Shown here: positions 1 to 9,210 of the stretch, in pieces | How positions within the stretch are numbered: the first letter of the stretch is position 1 | Layout of the letters: each line of letters begins with the position of its first letter | Source: Limnohabitans sp. | GTDB lineage: Bacteria; Pseudomonadota; Gammaproteobacteria; Burkholderiales; Burkholderiaceae_C | DNA length: 64,000 nt | Assembly (NCBI RefSeq): GCF_023910625.1 | Contig: NZ_JAAVVW010000002.1 | Span: forward strand, 294,024 to 358,023 | Reading direction: 5' to 3' | Program-made: the position numbers and the translations under genes | The notes under the pieces: model-generated | Databases searched by the model: none | What the model was told of the DNA's origin: nothing | Seen by the model: only the letters and a program-made list of their open reading frames with translations

Positions 1-1
1 A

Positions 2-259
2 CCCGGCTTTGAAGCGCCTGGCGTGGTCGTCAGCTACACCACCGACCCCGACATCCAAAGCAGCAAAAAGTTCTTGGCCGAAGGCCTGCAGACTGCTGCG
101 GGCGTGCCGCTGCAATGCGACGAGCCAGCCGACTTCCGCACCTTCCGCATGGGCTTGTTCGGCCTGGAAAAATGGCACGACGTGCAGCGCACCTTGCAAC
201 AGCTGCGCACAGCGCTGGACGCCGTGGCACCGGCCGAAGCCGAAAAGCTGGCAGCCTGA
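2..259 (+). CDS. 3' end of a PLP-dependent (class V-like) aminotransferase, 5'-truncated by the window edge
   Basis: The open frame runs from the window edge. The C-terminal sequence ...FRTFRMGLFGLEKWHDV... resembles the FRIGHMG-type tail of class V aminotransferases. Only about 85 aa are visible. Confidence 0.4.
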   Translation, partial: PGFEAPGVVVSYTTDPDIQSSKKFLAEGLQTAAGVPLQCDEPADFRTFRMGLFGLEKWHDVQRTLQQLRTALDAVAPAEAEKLAA

Positions 260-322
260 CCGATCCTCCAAATGACAAAGGCCGGACCCTGTGGGTCCGG
301 CCTTTGTCATGGCGCAATCAAC

Positions 323-1306
323 TCACAAAGTGATGATGGTGCAACCCGTGGTCTTGCGGGCTTCCAGGGCGATGTGGGCGTCCTGAATTTGCGCCAAGGG
401 GAAGGTCTGGTCGATGTGGATCTTCACTTTGCCGCTGGTCACCGCTTCGAACAAATCATCGGCCATTTCCTGCGTATTTTCACGGGTGGTGATGTGGCTG
501 AACAAGGTCTGGCGCGTCACATAGATCGAACCCTTGGGGCCCAAGATGCCAGGGGCAAACGGGGCCACAGGGCCTGAGGCATTGCCAAAACTGGCCATCA
601 AACCAAATGGTGCCAAGCAGTCGAGCGACTTGTCCCAGGTGTCTTTGCCCACCGAGTCGTACACCACTTTGACGCCTTTGCCACCGGTGATCTCTTTGAC
701 CTTGGCCTGGAAATCTTCGGTGGAGTAGTTGATGCAAAACTCGGCGCCATTGGCCAGGGCCAAAGTGCACTTGGCATCGCTGCCGGCGGTGCCGATCAGG
801 CGCAAACCCAGCGCCTTGGCCCACTGGCAAGCAATCAGGCCCACGCCACCCGCCGCAGCGTGGAACAGCACAAAGTCACCGGCCTTCAGGCCCCCCTGGG
901 GCTGCGTGCGCTTGAGCAGGTACTGCGCCGTCAAACCCTTGAGCATCATGGCCGCGCCAGTTTCGAAAGAGATCGCATCGGGCAGCTTGCACACGCACTT
1001 GGCGGGCATCACGCGCACTTCGCAGTAGCTGCCGGGCGGTTGGCTGGCGTACGCTGCGCGGTCACCCACCTTCAGGTGCGTCACGCCCTCGCCCACGGCT
1101 TCGACCACGCCCGAGGCTTCCATGCCCAACTTGAGCGGCATGGGCAGCGCATACAGGCCGCTGCGCTGGTACACGTCAATGAAATTCAGGCCGATGGCCT
1201 TGTGGCCGATGCGGATCTCGCCGGGGCCAGGTTCGCCGACCGTCACGTCAACGAGCTTCATGACTTCGGGACCACCGTTCTGGTCAATCTGGACTGCAAG
1301 GCTCAT
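323..1306 (-). CDS. qor: NADPH:quinone oxidoreductase (zinc-type alcohol dehydrogenase superfamily)
   Basis: MSLAVQIDQNGGPEVMKLVDVTVGEPGPGEIRIGHKAIGLNFIDVYQRSGLY is the classic Qor N-terminus. AAGGVG is the Rossmann motif. Start placed at the internal Met (1306) rather than the ORF-track start at 1330. Confidence 0.85.
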   Translation of the reverse strand: MSLAVQIDQNGGPEVMKLVDVTVGEPGPGEIRIGHKAIGLNFIDVYQRSGLYALPMPLKLGMEASGVVEAVGEGVTHLKVGDRAAYASQPPGSYCEVRVMPAKCVCKLPDAISFETGAAMMLKGLTAQYLLKRTQPQGGLKAGDFVLFHAAAGGVGLIACQWAKALGLRLIGTAGSDAKCTLALANGAEFCINYSTEDFQAKVKEITGGKGVKVVYDSVGKDTWDKSLDCLAPFGLMASFGNASGPVAPFAPGILGPKGSIYVTRQTLFSHITTRENTQEMADDLFEAVTSGKVKIHIDQTFPLAQIQDAHIALEARKTTGCTIITL

Positions 1307-1411
1307 GGCATTTCTCCTGTGAATGGTCAAATCAAATCATGCCTGACTGTGCCACGAATTTCATGCCGGAGTCCGGGGTGGGGACAGCCGGGCGACAGCG
1401 GGTCAAGCTGA

Positions 1412-2329
1412 ATGTCGCTACAGTGCCTCATGTCACAAAAACTCTCACCCGTCACTGCCCTGCTGCTGACAGTGCCCCCTTTGCTGTGGGCTGGCAATGC
1501 CGTAGTGGGCCGTCTGGTCGGCGACTTGGTGCCGCCCATCACGCTCAACTTTTTACGTTGGGCTGTGGCCCTGTTCATCTTGCTGCCCTTGGCGTCGTGG
1601 GTTCTGCGGCGCAGCAGCGGAATGTGGCAGCACTGGCGGCGTTTTGCCCTGCTCAGTTTGCTGGGCGTGGGTTGTTACAACGCGCTGCAATACTTGGCGC
1701 TGCAAACCTCCACCCCGCTGAATGTGACCCTGGTGGCCGCCAGTGGTCCGGTGTGGATGCTGGGCATTGGGGCGCTGTTTTTTCAGGCGCCGGTGCGGCG
1801 CGCCCAGGTGTATGGGGCGGTGCTCTCGATTTTTGGCGTGCTGGTGGTGTTGTCGCGGGGCGACTGGGCGCAGCTCATGGCGGTGCGTTTGGTGGTGGGC
1901 GATTTGTTCATCTTGCTGGCCACGGCATGCTGGTCCTGGTACAGCTGGATGCTGACGCGCCGCGATGAGCCCGAAGCCATCCGCAACGACTGGGCGGCCT
2001 TTTTGCTCGCGCAGGTGGTGTTCGGTCTGGCCTGGTCGGGCTTGTTTGCCGGCATGGAATGGGGCCTGACCGATGCGCACATCACCTGGGGCTGGCCCCT
2101 GATTTCTGCGCTGGCCTTTGTGGCCGTGGGCCCGGCCGTGCTGGCCTACCGCTGTTGGGGCCTGGGCGTTCAGCAGGCAGGCCCGGCAGTCGCGGGCTTT
2201 TTTGCCAACCTCACCCCACTCTTTGCGGCCATTTTCTCAGCCGCCTTTTTAGGCGAGTTGCCCCAGCTGTTCCACGGGCTGGCGTTTGCGCTGATCATTG
2301 GCGGCATTTGGGTGTCTTCAAGAAAATAA
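1412..2329 (+). CDS. EamA/DMT-family transporter
   Basis: 305 aa, about 10 hydrophobic segments, with a duplicated EamA-like architecture (…LLWAGNAVVGR…, …GELPQLFHGLAFALIIGGIWV…). Confidence 0.8.
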   Translation: MSLQCLMSQKLSPVTALLLTVPPLLWAGNAVVGRLVGDLVPPITLNFLRWAVALFILLPLASWVLRRSSGMWQHWRRFALLSLLGVGCYNALQYLALQTSTPLNVTLVAASGPVWMLGIGALFFQAPVRRAQVYGAVLSIFGVLVVLSRGDWAQLMAVRLVVGDLFILLATACWSWYSWMLTRRDEPEAIRNDWAAFLLAQVVFGLAWSGLFAGMEWGLTDAHITWGWPLISALAFVAVGPAVLAYRCWGLGVQQAGPAVAGFFANLTPLFAAIFSAAFLGELPQLFHGLAFALIIGGIWVSSRK

Positions 2330-2422
2330 GCCGCGAAGGTTTTGCCGGGTTGCAGCAGAAATTTTCAAATTGATTCACAGGCTGGGCTTGGGCGGCAATT
2401 AGGTTGAAGACGCTTTTGCAGT

Positions 2423-4066
2423 GATCCTATTTCCGGCAGTTGACATTGCGTAAACCGGCTGCAAGCTAGACTAGATGCCAATTTCAATGGATTTATTGGA
2501 GTCACCAAATGGGTGAAGCAAAAAGGCGTCAACTTGCTGTCCAAACGCAGGCACTGGAGGCCATGGTCGTGGATACGCCGGGTGGGCGAATTCATGTGAA
2601 GTGGACCATGGGGCCAGCGCCACACCGAATGCACAGTTGACCTTCTTCTCCGAGTTCTTGGCCACCACGGGTGTGTACAGCTCCTGGGTCGATAGCTGCC
2701 CATTGACCTACACAAGCCCCAATGCACCCAGCAAACAGGATATCTTGGGCACATGGCTGCTGGCGATACTGGCAGGGCACAACCGCTACGCCCACATCAC
2801 CGGGCTGCGCGGCGACGCGGTGAGCCCGCAGATTCTGGGGATGAAGAAAATCATCAGCGAAGACGCGCTGCGACGCGCGCTGTCGCGTATGAGCGCCGAG
2901 CAAAGCCAGGCCTGGCTTGCCCCCCAGCTCATGGGTAGTGTGCAAGCGGCACTGAGCACCCCTTGGATCCTGGATATCGACACCACCATCAAGCCGATGT
3001 TCGGAAAACAAAGCGGAGCTGAGGTCAGCTACAACCCACACAAACCCGGGCGCCCGAGCCACGCACTGCACACATACTGGGTTGGCAACCTGCGCTTGGT
3101 GCTGGACGTCGTTGTCTGCCCCGGCAAAGAGCACAGCGCAGCCAAAGCGCGGCCTGGTCTGATCGGCGTACTGGAAAAGCTCACGCCCCAGCAGCGTCCG
3201 ACCTTGGTCCGAGGCGACTGCGGCTTTGGCAACGAACCCTTTATCACCGAGCTGGAGGAGCGAGCCCAGCCCTACCTGTTCAAGCTGCGTCAAACTGTGG
3301 GTGTCAAGAAATTATTGGCACGCCAATTCGCGCGTGATGACTGGAGCACACCCGGCCCCAGCGAGCAAGGCTGGAGCGCAGTCGAAGATACCCTCAAACT
3401 CTCGGGCTGGGACAAATCACGTCGGGTAGTGATCTTGCGGCGTGCCGTCAAAGCCGATTTGGCGCTGAGTCGAAAGACCAAGAACGAGCCGGGCGAGCAG
3501 ATTGAGTTGCTGATGCCGGACAAGGATGTTCAGGCGTGGGAATACGCGGTGTTGGTGACAAACAGCGCCTACGCATTGGACGCGTTCGGTCAACTCTATC
3601 GGGACCGGGCTGACTGCGAGAACGGATTTGACGAGCTCAAAAATCAGTGGGGATGGGGTGGCTTCACGACCCAGGACATTGAGCGCTGCCAGACCAGTGC
3701 TCGCGCTGTAGCGCTGGTGTACAACTGGTGGTCTTGGTATTGCCGGGCGGCCAAGCCGGGTGCACGCATGGAAGCCATCACCAGCCGAGCGTTATTGCTT
3801 GCCAGTGTGGGGCGCGCTGTCAAACATGCGGGACAGACAACGCTGTATCTGACACCGATGCATGCTGCCAAGGACAAGTTGCTCGCGCTCATCGCCAACA
3901 TTCGTGCGGCTTTAAGTCATGTCAGGGATGTTGCGGAGCAGTTGCCTTTTGCGGATCGATGGCAGACATTTCTGGACTACGTGGTGGCCAAAATCACGCG
4001 CCCACTGCCACCTTGGCTACCGTCAGCCCAACTTACAGCGGCAGGGTAACTGCCGGATTTAGGATT
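2423..4066 (+). mobile_element. Insertion sequence (~1.64 kb) of IS4/IS1380 type
   Basis: Imperfect terminal inverted repeats bracket a single DDE transposase ORF: GATCCTATTTCCGGCAGTT (2423-2441) versus AACTGCCGGATTTAGGATT (4048-4066), 16/19 matching. Confidence 0.7.
2601..4049 (+). CDS. DDE transposase (IS4/IS1380-type, YREK motif)
   Basis: YRDRADCENGFDELK fits Y-x2-R-x3-E-x6-K. VRGDCGFG is a DDE-like Asp region. 482 aa from a GTG start. A 43-aa ORF in the +1 frame (2509-2640) may be the displaced N-terminus. Confidence 0.8.
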   Translation: MDHGASATPNAQLTFFSEFLATTGVYSSWVDSCPLTYTSPNAPSKQDILGTWLLAILAGHNRYAHITGLRGDAVSPQILGMKKIISEDALRRALSRMSAEQSQAWLAPQLMGSVQAALSTPWILDIDTTIKPMFGKQSGAEVSYNPHKPGRPSHALHTYWVGNLRLVLDVVVCPGKEHSAAKARPGLIGVLEKLTPQQRPTLVRGDCGFGNEPFITELEERAQPYLFKLRQTVGVKKLLARQFARDDWSTPGPSEQGWSAVEDTLKLSGWDKSRRVVILRRAVKADLALSRKTKNEPGEQIELLMPDKDVQAWEYAVLVTNSAYALDAFGQLYRDRADCENGFDELKNQWGWGGFTTQDIERCQTSARAVALVYNWWSWYCRAAKPGARMEAITSRALLLASVGRAVKHAGQTTLYLTPMHAAKDKLLALIANIRAALSHVRDVAEQLPFADRWQTFLDYVVAKITRPLPPWLPSAQLTAAG

Positions 4067-4351
4067 AAAGGTACACAACCGTGGCCCAAATCACCAAAAG
4101 TGCGTTGCTTGATTCGCATCCTCAGAAATGCACTGGCACACAACAACATCGTGGCGTTTGGGGACAACGTCAATGAGATTAAGAAATTGGGGTTCTTTTC
4201 AGAGAAAAAAACGAAGACTGGCAACAACTGCACAACAAAGGACGGCTACCTGGTTTTGGTCATTGATACGACGGCGTTTCAGACCTTTTTAAAGGCATGG
4301 TTCGATGTGATCGCGCCGCAAACCGATTCCGCGAACGACGAACAGCCATGA
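4067..4351 (+). pseudogene. 3' fragment of a HEPN-like (R-x4-H) gene truncated by the IS
   Basis: The frame continues out of the IS right end: ...VRCLIRILRNALAHNNIVAFGDNVNEIKKLGFF...TDSANDEQP*. The RNALAH motif is present. The stretch is AT-rich. No 5' half is found on the other side of the IS. Confidence 0.4.
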
Positions 4352-4407
4352 GCTTGTTTTTCACCACAGCGCCACCGCACACCTTGCTGTCCGCAGCGGC
4401 ACCCAGT

Positions 4408-4689
4408 TCAGCGCTTCAAATCCCTGTAGAAATTCTCATGTGGCCCCAAGGCTTCCAAATAGATCAGGCGCACGGCGTCTTCCCGGGTGTAGCCCAGCAG
4501 GTACAGCTGGCCTTGGCTGCGAAACTTGTGTACCCACAGCTGGGCCAAGTCGCCTTTTTTGCGCTCACCCACGTCGGGGTTGTCAGCCACCGTCGCCACA
4601 GCGGCATCGGTATCTGCAATCAAACTGGCCTTGGTCAGTTTTTTGTACACACGGGCAAAGCGCCGCGTTTGCTGCACCTGCCAGCTCAT
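4408..4689 (-). CDS. RelE/ParE-family type II toxin
   Basis: 93 aa. ...NPDVGERKKGDLAQLWVHKFRSQGQLYLLGYTREDAVRLIYLEALGPHENFYRDLKR is the typical ParE/RelE fold signature. 4-nt ATGA overlap with the upstream antitoxin gene. Confidence 0.8.
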   Translation of the reverse strand: MSWQVQQTRRFARVYKKLTKASLIADTDAAVATVADNPDVGERKKGDLAQLWVHKFRSQGQLYLLGYTREDAVRLIYLEALGPHENFYRDLKR

Positions 4690-4925
4690 GCTTGCAAGTT
4701 GCCCTGGCTGCGGGCCACAAAAGGTGCGCTGCCCTCTCGCGGCTCAGCCAGGCTCATCAGGCTCTCGGCGATGAAAGACGCCGGCAAATCGGGGTTGTCC
4801 AAGGCAGCACGCCCCACTTTGGCCCAGAACTCGACCTGCCCCTGCACGGTGCGAAATTCCGCTTTGGCAGCCACACGGGCCGCGCCAACCAAAGACTCAT
4901 CAATGCGCATGGAAACGGTGGACAT
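4686..4925 (-). CDS. ParD-like antitoxin
   Basis: MSTVSMRIDESLVGAARVAAKAEFRTVQGQVEFWAKVGRAAL matches the ParD_like pattern (M..V.l.deLv..A...A....RS...QiE.WA.lGr). Translationally coupled to the toxin. Start taken at the internal Met. Confidence 0.75.
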   Translation of the reverse strand: MSTVSMRIDESLVGAARVAAKAEFRTVQGQVEFWAKVGRAALDNPDLPASFIAESLMSLAEPREGSAPFVARSQGNLQA

Positions 4926-5037
4926 GGGAGGCCTTTCATGAAAAACCACAATTGTAGTCAAGCACAACTGTCGCCGCATTCGTCAGCACACCAACACCCC
5001 TTCAACACCCTGCGCAACAGCCACCCAAGCCATCCAC

Positions 5038-7995
5038 ATGACTGACTCAGACAAGCAACTGGCCCTGGCCGCAGGCCTGACCGCCAAAACTAACCAACTC
5101 TGTCAGGGCCTTGAATCGGGCGCAGCAGACATTTTGGAACTGGTCACACCCACCACCGCCGATTTGCTGGCTTGGTGGTTTGGCGAAGACATGGTGATGG
5201 CCCGAGGCAACCTGAACTTTCACGTCGGACAAAAGCAGGCCATTTTGAACGCCATCGTGGCGCACGAGGTGCTGGGCTCAGGCCTTGACCGCTGGACACT
5301 GCTGGACCTGTACCGCGCCGCCGCGCCCGATGCGCTGCTGACGGGCACACGACTCAATGAAGTGTCTGCCGACAAGCATGGGCACCCGAAATACTGCCTG
5401 AAGATGGCCACGGGCACGGGCAAGACCTGGGTGCTGCAAGCGCTGATGATCTGGCAGCTTCTGAACAAAACCGCCGCACTGGCCGAAGGCATTGACGACC
5501 CCAGGTTTACGCGCCAATTCATGGTGGTGGCACCGGGTCTGATCGTTTATGAACGCCTGCTCGATGCGTTTTGCGGCAAGCTTGTTCCGGGTGGAAACGG
5601 CTCGCGCAACTTCTCCAGCTCCGACATGGCCAAGTTTGCCGACCTGTTCATCCCCGAGGCGCACCGCGAATCGGTGTTTGCCTTTGTGCGTGGCAACGTG
5701 TGCAGCAAAAACGAGATCGGCCTTAAAGCCACAGGCAACGGCTTGATCGCCATCACCAACTGGCATCTGTTGGCAGAAGGCGATGTGGCTGAGGACATTG
5801 AAGAAGTCGAAACGCTTGGCGCACCCATGGACCCGCAAGATGTGGTGGCCCAAGTGCTGCCGCTCACACCTGGCCGCGCCACAGGCAACAGCCTGGATGT
5901 ATTGGACCGCCGATATGTACGCGGTAATGTACTGGAGTTTTTGGCGCAGTTGCCCGAGCTGATGGTGTTCAACGACGAGGCCCACCACATCCACGAGTTC
6001 AAACGCGAAGGCGAAACGACCGAGGTGGAATGGCAGAAAAGCCTGAGCCGCATCGCCCAAAGCAAGGGCCGCCGCTTTGTGCAGGTGGACTTTTCGGCCA
6101 CACCTTACAACGATGTGGGCTCGGGCAAGAACAAGCGCAAGGTGTACTTTCCGCACATCGTGACCGACTTTGACCTGAAAAGCGCCATGCGTGCCGGGCT
6201 GGTCAAGTCGTTGGTGCTGGACCGCCGCAAGGAGATCGGCGCACTGCCGCTGGAGTTCAAGGCCGAGCGGGACGAATCGGGTAACCCAGCGCTGAGTGAA
6301 GGCCAGCGCGTCATGCTGCGGGCGGGCCTTGCCAAACTGCGCAAGCTGGAAAAAGACTTTGCCACCATCGATCCGCACCGCCACCCCAAGATGCTGGTGG
6401 TTTGCGAAGACACCACCGTGTCGCCGCTTGTGGCCGAATTTTTACGCGACCAGGAAGGCTTGAACGACGACGAGGTGATGACCATCGACTCGGGGAAGAA
6501 AGCCGAGCTGGGACCCAAGGATTGGGAGCCTGTGCGCGAGCGCCTATTCAGCGTGGACCACCACGCCACACCGCGTGTGATCGTGAGCGTGCTCATGCTG
6601 CGCGAAGGCTTTGACGTGAACAACATCTGCGTCATCGTGCCGCTGCGCTCCAGCCAGGCTCAAATTCTGCTGGAGCAAACCATTGGGCGTGGCTTGCGCA
6701 TGATGTGGCGCGACGCAGAATACAACGACATCAAACGCGAGAACCGCGAACTGATCGAGGCCAGCAAAGAACCGGGCAGCTTGTTGGATGTGTTGTCCAT
6801 CGTGGAGCACCCCGCGTTTCAGTCGTTTTATGACGAGCTGATCAACGAAGGCCTGGCGGGCACGACAGGTGATGACGATGGCGACGACACATCGGCCACG
6901 GGTGACGTGATCGCAGCCGAACTGCGCGAAGACTTTCAAGCCTTTGATTTCGGCATCCCGTTCATCTTGCAAGAAGCCGACGAACTGTGTGATCACAACC
7001 AGATCGATGTGACCACCCTGCCCGCCTTCACGGCCATGACGGCGGACCAGCTCAAGGGCATGCTGGGCAAAGGCGACACCTTTGTCTCGCAAGACCTGCA
7101 AAGCGCCACGCTGTTTGGCGACTACAGAGTGGACGGTGCGGTGATGAACGTGAGCGGGTACAACGATTACCTGTCGCGCCTCACACGGCGCATCAGTCAG
7201 GCGCTGAGCGAACCGCTGCCCAAGGGCAACAAGATCGCCACACACTTGGCCAAGCCCTATTTGCAAGTGAACACCGCCGAGCTGACGGGATGGATTGACG
7301 ACTACGTCTGGACGCAATTGTTTGCGGGCACTTTCAACCCACTGGAAGATGAAAACTGGCGCTTGCTGTTGTTGCAGCCCGTGGTGGACCACATCACCAA
7401 GGTGTTTGCGGTGGGCCTGCTCGAATCAGAAGAAAAGCACACCACCGGCCAGACCGAAGTGCATCTGCGATTTTTGAGCGAAGTGCTCAAGCTGATGGTG
7501 CGCGAAAGTGCATCGCTGGAAGTGTCCAAATGCATCTACACCCGGCTGGGCTGGCCCAGCCGCAGCGGCGGGCTGGAACGCGCCTTCATCCACTGGGCAC
7601 AAGCCGACACGCAAGTGCTGGCCTTTTGCAAGATCAGCGAAAACCGCCACACCTTTGCCCGCCTGCGCTACGTGAAAGACGACGGCCTGCCCGCCTTCTA
7701 CTCACCCGATTTTTTGGTGCGCACCGCAGGCGCGGTGTACCTGGTCGAAACCAAAGGCCAAGAACAAACCATCCACCCCAATGTGCAACGCAAACTGAAA
7801 GTGGCGCTGGCTTGGTGTGAACGCATCAACAACCTGAGCGAGGTGCAACGCGGTGGGCCGCCTTGGCATTACGTGCTGCTGGGGGAGGCTGTTGTGTATG
7901 AATGGCAGGGTAAAGGTGCGCGGCTTGCGGAGCTGTTGGACTATGCGCGGCTGCGGCCATTGGGTGAGGCTTCGTTGCAACAGCGATTAATTTAA
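5038..7995 (+). CDS. Type III restriction Res-like SF2 helicase-nuclease (DEAH), with no adjacent Mod
   Basis: 985 aa. Walker A is KMATGTGKT, motif II is FNDEAHH, motif VI is QTIGRGLRM. The C-terminal PD-(D/E)xK-like region is FYSPDFLVRTAGAVYLVETKG. Size and architecture match type III Res subunits. Confidence 0.8.
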   Translation: MTDSDKQLALAAGLTAKTNQLCQGLESGAADILELVTPTTADLLAWWFGEDMVMARGNLNFHVGQKQAILNAIVAHEVLGSGLDRWTLLDLYRAAAPDALLTGTRLNEVSADKHGHPKYCLKMATGTGKTWVLQALMIWQLLNKTAALAEGIDDPRFTRQFMVVAPGLIVYERLLDAFCGKLVPGGNGSRNFSSSDMAKFADLFIPEAHRESVFAFVRGNVCSKNEIGLKATGNGLIAITNWHLLAEGDVAEDIEEVETLGAPMDPQDVVAQVLPLTPGRATGNSLDVLDRRYVRGNVLEFLAQLPELMVFNDEAHHIHEFKREGETTEVEWQKSLSRIAQSKGRRFVQVDFSATPYNDVGSGKNKRKVYFPHIVTDFDLKSAMRAGLVKSLVLDRRKEIGALPLEFKAERDESGNPALSEGQRVMLRAGLAKLRKLEKDFATIDPHRHPKMLVVCEDTTVSPLVAEFLRDQEGLNDDEVMTIDSGKKAELGPKDWEPVRERLFSVDHHATPRVIVSVLMLREGFDVNNICVIVPLRSSQAQILLEQTIGRGLRMMWRDAEYNDIKRENRELIEASKEPGSLLDVLSIVEHPAFQSFYDELINEGLAGTTGDDDGDDTSATGDVIAAELREDFQAFDFGIPFILQEADELCDHNQIDVTTLPAFTAMTADQLKGMLGKGDTFVSQDLQSATLFGDYRVDGAVMNVSGYNDYLSRLTRRISQALSEPLPKGNKIATHLAKPYLQVNTAELTGWIDDYVWTQLFAGTFNPLEDENWRLLLLQPVVDHITKVFAVGLLESEEKHTTGQTEVHLRFLSEVLKLMVRESASLEVSKCIYTRLGWPSRSGGLERAFIHWAQADTQVLAFCKISENRHTFARLRYVKDDGLPAFYSPDFLVRTAGAVYLVETKGQEQTIHPNVQRKLKVALAWCERINNLSEVQRGGPPWHYVLLGEAVVYEWQGKGARLAELLDYARLRPLGEASLQQRLI

Positions 7996-8178
7996 GGGGA
8001 CAGCTTAGTGGATGGTTCAGGCCAACAAGACGAAAGTCAGCTATGCCACGGTTGCTGTCACTGTACTAGGTCGAGCGGCTGACAGTTCCTGGTCCAAAAG
8101 CAGACGCCGCTTCACGCACGCAGCGGCGCGGCTCCTAACCGGATAATTTGGTCACTTCCTGCTTTAGAGTATTGCTTC

Positions 8179-9123
8179 ATGCCCAGAGTTCTGCTTTCGC
8201 GAAGAGGTGTAGTTAAGCATCTCGCCTCCATCAATGTCACTCACGATGGCTCGCTCCGACTTAGCCTTGTCAGGGAAGGTTCGAGCGAGATGAGATGGTT
8301 GTTTTCGTCCCGCAGACCTGCGCTTGAAGAAGTGGAAAGGACAGCTCGAAAGACCAAGGAGATCTCGATACATACGAGTGGGCGAGTCAACTATCACTTC
8401 GACCAGGCCGCGCCGCGCTTTATCCCGCCTCTGATGGACTTGGTCGAGTCGGTCACAGTCGTTGGCTACCGAATCCCTGCCTTTGACTTGCTCGACTCAG
8501 TGCAGGACGATCGGCAGGGTGACGTAGCTGTTGAAATCCCCGAAAGTTGCACAGGCGTGATGCAGTTTCACTTCCTCATACTTCCGGCTGTTGTTCCTAC
8601 CTTACACGGCGAGGTAACCAGGTTCGGTGTTGAGGGACTGTTTGCTCTCGCTTGCGTGAACACTGCTGACGATCTGCAGCCCCTGCCGCCTGGCGTTCCC
8701 GAACGCGCGTTCGTAACGCTCCGTCCTAATGATGGCTTCGCCGAGCAGGCGATCTCAGAGCCGAATGCGTTCCTGCGCTTCAGAAAATCGATGTTCGCCA
8801 ACAATGTCCGGGCCGCTGCCGATTCAGCCGGCACCCCCATTCCAGAGGGCCTGATCGAGGCGGCTATTGCTGAAGGGCCAGGGCTGTATCCGCCCAACGG
8901 CGAGGGTATATGGACTGTCGTTACCGCAGCTGAGATGCGTAACCCACCTGCTCTAAACGTTCATTTCGAGGAAGAAGGGTTGAAGGCCGAGGTTGTAGAC
9001 CTTCGCCCCGGTGATACACGGCTCGCAACTGTCCGTGTTCGGTTCCGAGTACGAGACAGCAGCGGGCGCCACATCAAAGGGGTTGTGCCAATACGGCGCA
9101 TCGAACTGGACGCAGAACTCTGA
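8179..9123 (+). CDS. Hypothetical protein (314 aa), co-oriented downstream of the Res-like gene
   Basis: Long ORF in a lower-GC stretch. I recognise no motif. Protein-like composition. Confidence 0.5.
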   Translation: MPRVLLSRRGVVKHLASINVTHDGSLRLSLVREGSSEMRWLFSSRRPALEEVERTARKTKEISIHTSGRVNYHFDQAAPRFIPPLMDLVESVTVVGYRIPAFDLLDSVQDDRQGDVAVEIPESCTGVMQFHFLILPAVVPTLHGEVTRFGVEGLFALACVNTADDLQPLPPGVPERAFVTLRPNDGFAEQAISEPNAFLRFRKSMFANNVRAAADSAGTPIPEGLIEAAIAEGPGLYPPNGEGIWTVVTAAEMRNPPALNVHFEEEGLKAEVVDLRPGDTRLATVRVRFRVRDSSGRHIKGVVPIRRIELDAEL

Positions 9124-9210
9124 ACTCCTGTCCACTTGGTGCTTGAATGCCTGCTTACGGGCCGACAGCGACATTGCGGCGGCGCGTCTTCAATGACCGC
9201 AACCAGCCTA

